From NCBI GenBank assembly GCA_963719315.1, contig CAVRBU010000003.1, positions 192,001-256,000 of the forward strand: DNA of 64,000 nt, written 5' to 3'. The first letter of the stretch is position 1. Each line of letters opens with the position of its first letter. The DNA comes from an uncultured Planctomycetota bacterium. GTDB taxonomy: Bacteria > Planctomycetota > Planctomycetia > Pirellulales > Lacipirellulaceae. Below the pieces are notes generated by a model, which saw only the letters and a list, made by a program, of their open reading frames with translations, searched no databases and was not told the DNA's origin. A program made the position numbers and the translations under genes. Below, piece after piece: positions 62,131-64,000 of the stretch.

Positions 62131-63846
62131 ATGCCCGAATTTGAAATCGCCGTCCCGCGGCCGCAGCGTTGGAACGAGCCGTTCGGTCAGATGACCGAGG
62201 CGGACGTGGAGCGTTTGCTGCGAGTCGAGCCGTTTTGCAGGATCGATGCCGGCGCGTTTCCGACGTCGCTACCGCTGCGCGGGATTCTGTTGGGCGATAC
62301 GCGGATCGCGTATTACGAACCGGGCGATTTGGTCGTGCGCGAAGGCGATTACGGAAATAGCGCGTTCTTGATTCTGGCAGGCACGGTTCGCGTCGTGTTG
62401 GAGCGGCTCGATCCGAAGCTGCTGGGCCGCGAGGACCGACCGAAACGGAGTTGGTTGCGGGCAATCGCCCAGCTTTGGCAGAACGAGAAGTTGCCGGAAG
62501 TGCGACAGGCGGTCGGCATTCGCGGTACATCGAACCTCGCGACTGTTCGCGGCGACAATGGCGCTACGCGGGTGTTCGTACAGGATGTTCCACGGCTGCT
62601 GGAGCACACGGGCACGGCGCAGCTCAGCACAGGCGAAATCTTCGGCGAGCTGGCGGCAATGTCGCGCACGCCGCGGACGGCGACCGTGCTGGCCGAAGGC
62701 CGGGCCACGCTGTTGGAAATTCGCTGGCAGGGGCTTCGCGATATAATGCGTCGGACTCCGGCGATTCGCACACATATCGAGCAGTTGTATCGCGTAAATA
62801 GTCTGCGCGTTCATCTGCGCGAGACGGAAGTGCTCAAGAATCTTCCGGCCGCGGAAATGGATGCGGTCGCGGCGGCGACGGAGTTCGAGTCGTTCGGCAA
62901 CTTCGATTGGTACACGGACTTCGGTCCCGATCGCCGGCGCGATGCGGCCGAGCAACTTGCGGCCGAGCCGTTGATTGCGGCCGAAGGGGACCGGCCGACC
63001 GGACTGTATTTGATTCGCTCCGGTTTCGCGCGTGTCAGCCGGCGGCATGGGCACGGGCATCGCACGTTGGCGTACATCGGCAAGGGGCAGGTGTTCGGCC
63101 TGACAGAGTTGGCCGAGGCGTTTACGACGGGCGCCGATGTGCCGTGGCAGAATTCGCTGCGGGCGGTGGGGTATGTGGATGTTTTGCGGATTCCGAGAGA
63201 AGCCGTGTTGGAAACGATTCTGCCGAATTGCAAATTGCAAATTGAATACTGCAAATTGCAAAATGCGGATATCGGAAAACAATCCGCAATCCGAGATCAG
63301 CAAACCGAAATCGATCCAACTACGCTCGACTTTCTTGCCGATCATCGCTTTTTGAACGGCACGCAGACGATGCTGATCGATCTCGATCGCTGTACGCGGT
63401 GCGACGATTGTGTGCGAGCTTGTGCGGCGACGCACGACAACAATCCACGGTTCATTCGGCAGGGGCCGAAGCACGATCACATCATGGTTGCCAATGCGTG
63501 CATGCATTGCGTCGATCCGGTGTGCATGATCGGCTGCCCGACCGGCGCGATCGCCCGCGACGCCGAGACGGGGACCGTGCGGATCAACGACAGCACGTGC
63601 ATCGGCTGCAGCACGTGTGCGAATAGTTGTCCGTATAACGCGATTCGGATGGTGGAGATTCGCGAGCCGGGCGGCGCGTTTTACGTCGATGAGGCGACGC
63701 AACTCCCGATTTTGAAGGCGACCAAGTGCGATTTTTGCGCGGGCCAGTTGACGGGCCCCGCCTGCCAGGCGGCGTGTCCGCAGGATGCGCTGATTCGAGT
63801 CGACTTGGGAAACTTGACGACGCTCGATCGATGGCTGGCGCGATAG
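62131..63846 (+). CDS. Tandem cNMP-binding domains fused to a DmsB/NrfC-like 4Fe-4S polyferredoxin
   Basis: VREGDYGNSAFLILAG, FGELAAMSRTPRTAT; CTRCDDCVRAC, CMHC..PVC..GCP, CIGCSTCANSCP, KCDFC..PACQAACP. Confidence 0.92.
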   Translation: MPEFEIAVPRPQRWNEPFGQMTEADVERLLRVEPFCRIDAGAFPTSLPLRGILLGDTRIAYYEPGDLVVREGDYGNSAFLILAGTVRVVLERLDPKLLGREDRPKRSWLRAIAQLWQNEKLPEVRQAVGIRGTSNLATVRGDNGATRVFVQDVPRLLEHTGTAQLSTGEIFGELAAMSRTPRTATVLAEGRATLLEIRWQGLRDIMRRTPAIRTHIEQLYRVNSLRVHLRETEVLKNLPAAEMDAVAAATEFESFGNFDWYTDFGPDRRRDAAEQLAAEPLIAAEGDRPTGLYLIRSGFARVSRRHGHGHRTLAYIGKGQVFGLTELAEAFTTGADVPWQNSLRAVGYVDVLRIPREAVLETILPNCKLQIEYCKLQNADIGKQSAIRDQQTEIDPTTLDFLADHRFLNGTQTMLIDLDRCTRCDDCVRACAATHDNNPRFIRQGPKHDHIMVANACMHCVDPVCMIGCPTGAIARDAETGTVRINDSTCIGCSTCANSCPYNAIRMVEIREPGGAFYVDEATQLPILKATKCDFCAGQLTGPACQAACPQDALIRVDLGNLTTLDRWLAR

Positions 63847-63878
63847 TCGACGACTTCCATGACATCTAATGTTCTTTG

Positions 63879-63966
63879 GTCCGCAGATGTCGCAGATATT
63901 CGCAGATGATGAATTAAGGAAATCAACTCTTCTTCCATCTGCGGAAATCTGCGACATCTGCGGACA
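63879..63966. repeat. Inverted short-period repeat (CGCAGAT-based)
   Basis: TCCGCAGATGTCGCAGATATTCGCAGATG ... CATCTGCGGAAATCTGCGACATCTGCGGA. Confidence 0.8.
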
Positions 63967-64000
63967 ACCAAATCAATACTGTTTACTTCTCGAACGATGA

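Noticed and set aside
58534..63846. Pycsar anti-phage system
   Set aside because: The cNMP protein has Fe-S rather than TIR or TM effector domains, and the cyclase is divergent and three genes away
62269..63957. Long minus-strand ORF, and similar shadows at 31242-33065 and 22107-23276
   Set aside because: Overlap well-supported genes on the opposite strand; typical of high-GC DNA

Overview
GC-rich chromosomal segment, most likely from a planctomycete (Pirellulales/Lacipirellulaceae-like). This is inferred from dockerin+PEP-CTERM proteins, a LEPR-XLL-type giant secreted protein, a sulfatase, an alpha2-type GlyRS and futalosine menaquinone genes. Housekeeping genes are recG, mqnE/ubiA/ubiX/menG, comB, glyQS, Rieske plus cytochrome b-c fusion, nrnA, ribF, nnrD, larB, alaS, purC and aroC. 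Accessory modules between them include an ECF sigma/vWA pair, PEP-CTERM proteins beside an ExeA-type ATPase and a degenerate BY-kinase-like protein, and a Ser/Thr kinase-WD40 protein downstream of a ~2050-aa PKD adhesin with 7 identical 372-bp repeats. There is also a nested IS cluster (tandem ISKra4-like dimer plus an IS5-like element), a two-component system and a DUF433/PIN TA pair. The best candidate for an undescribed system is at the right edge: a non-canonical class III nucleotide cyclase divergent from a ferredoxin-reductase / tetraheme cytochrome / cNMP-binding-4Fe-4S operon. The window is rich in REP/REPIN-like palindromes and 7-9-mer inverted repeats. Several sit in frame inside proteins, and a 134-bp MITE occurs twice. 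At least 8 single-base frameshifts, some in essential genes, suggest long-read indel errors. No rRNA, tRNA or CRISPR array was seen. All calls are by-eye motif recognition; no database searches were run.
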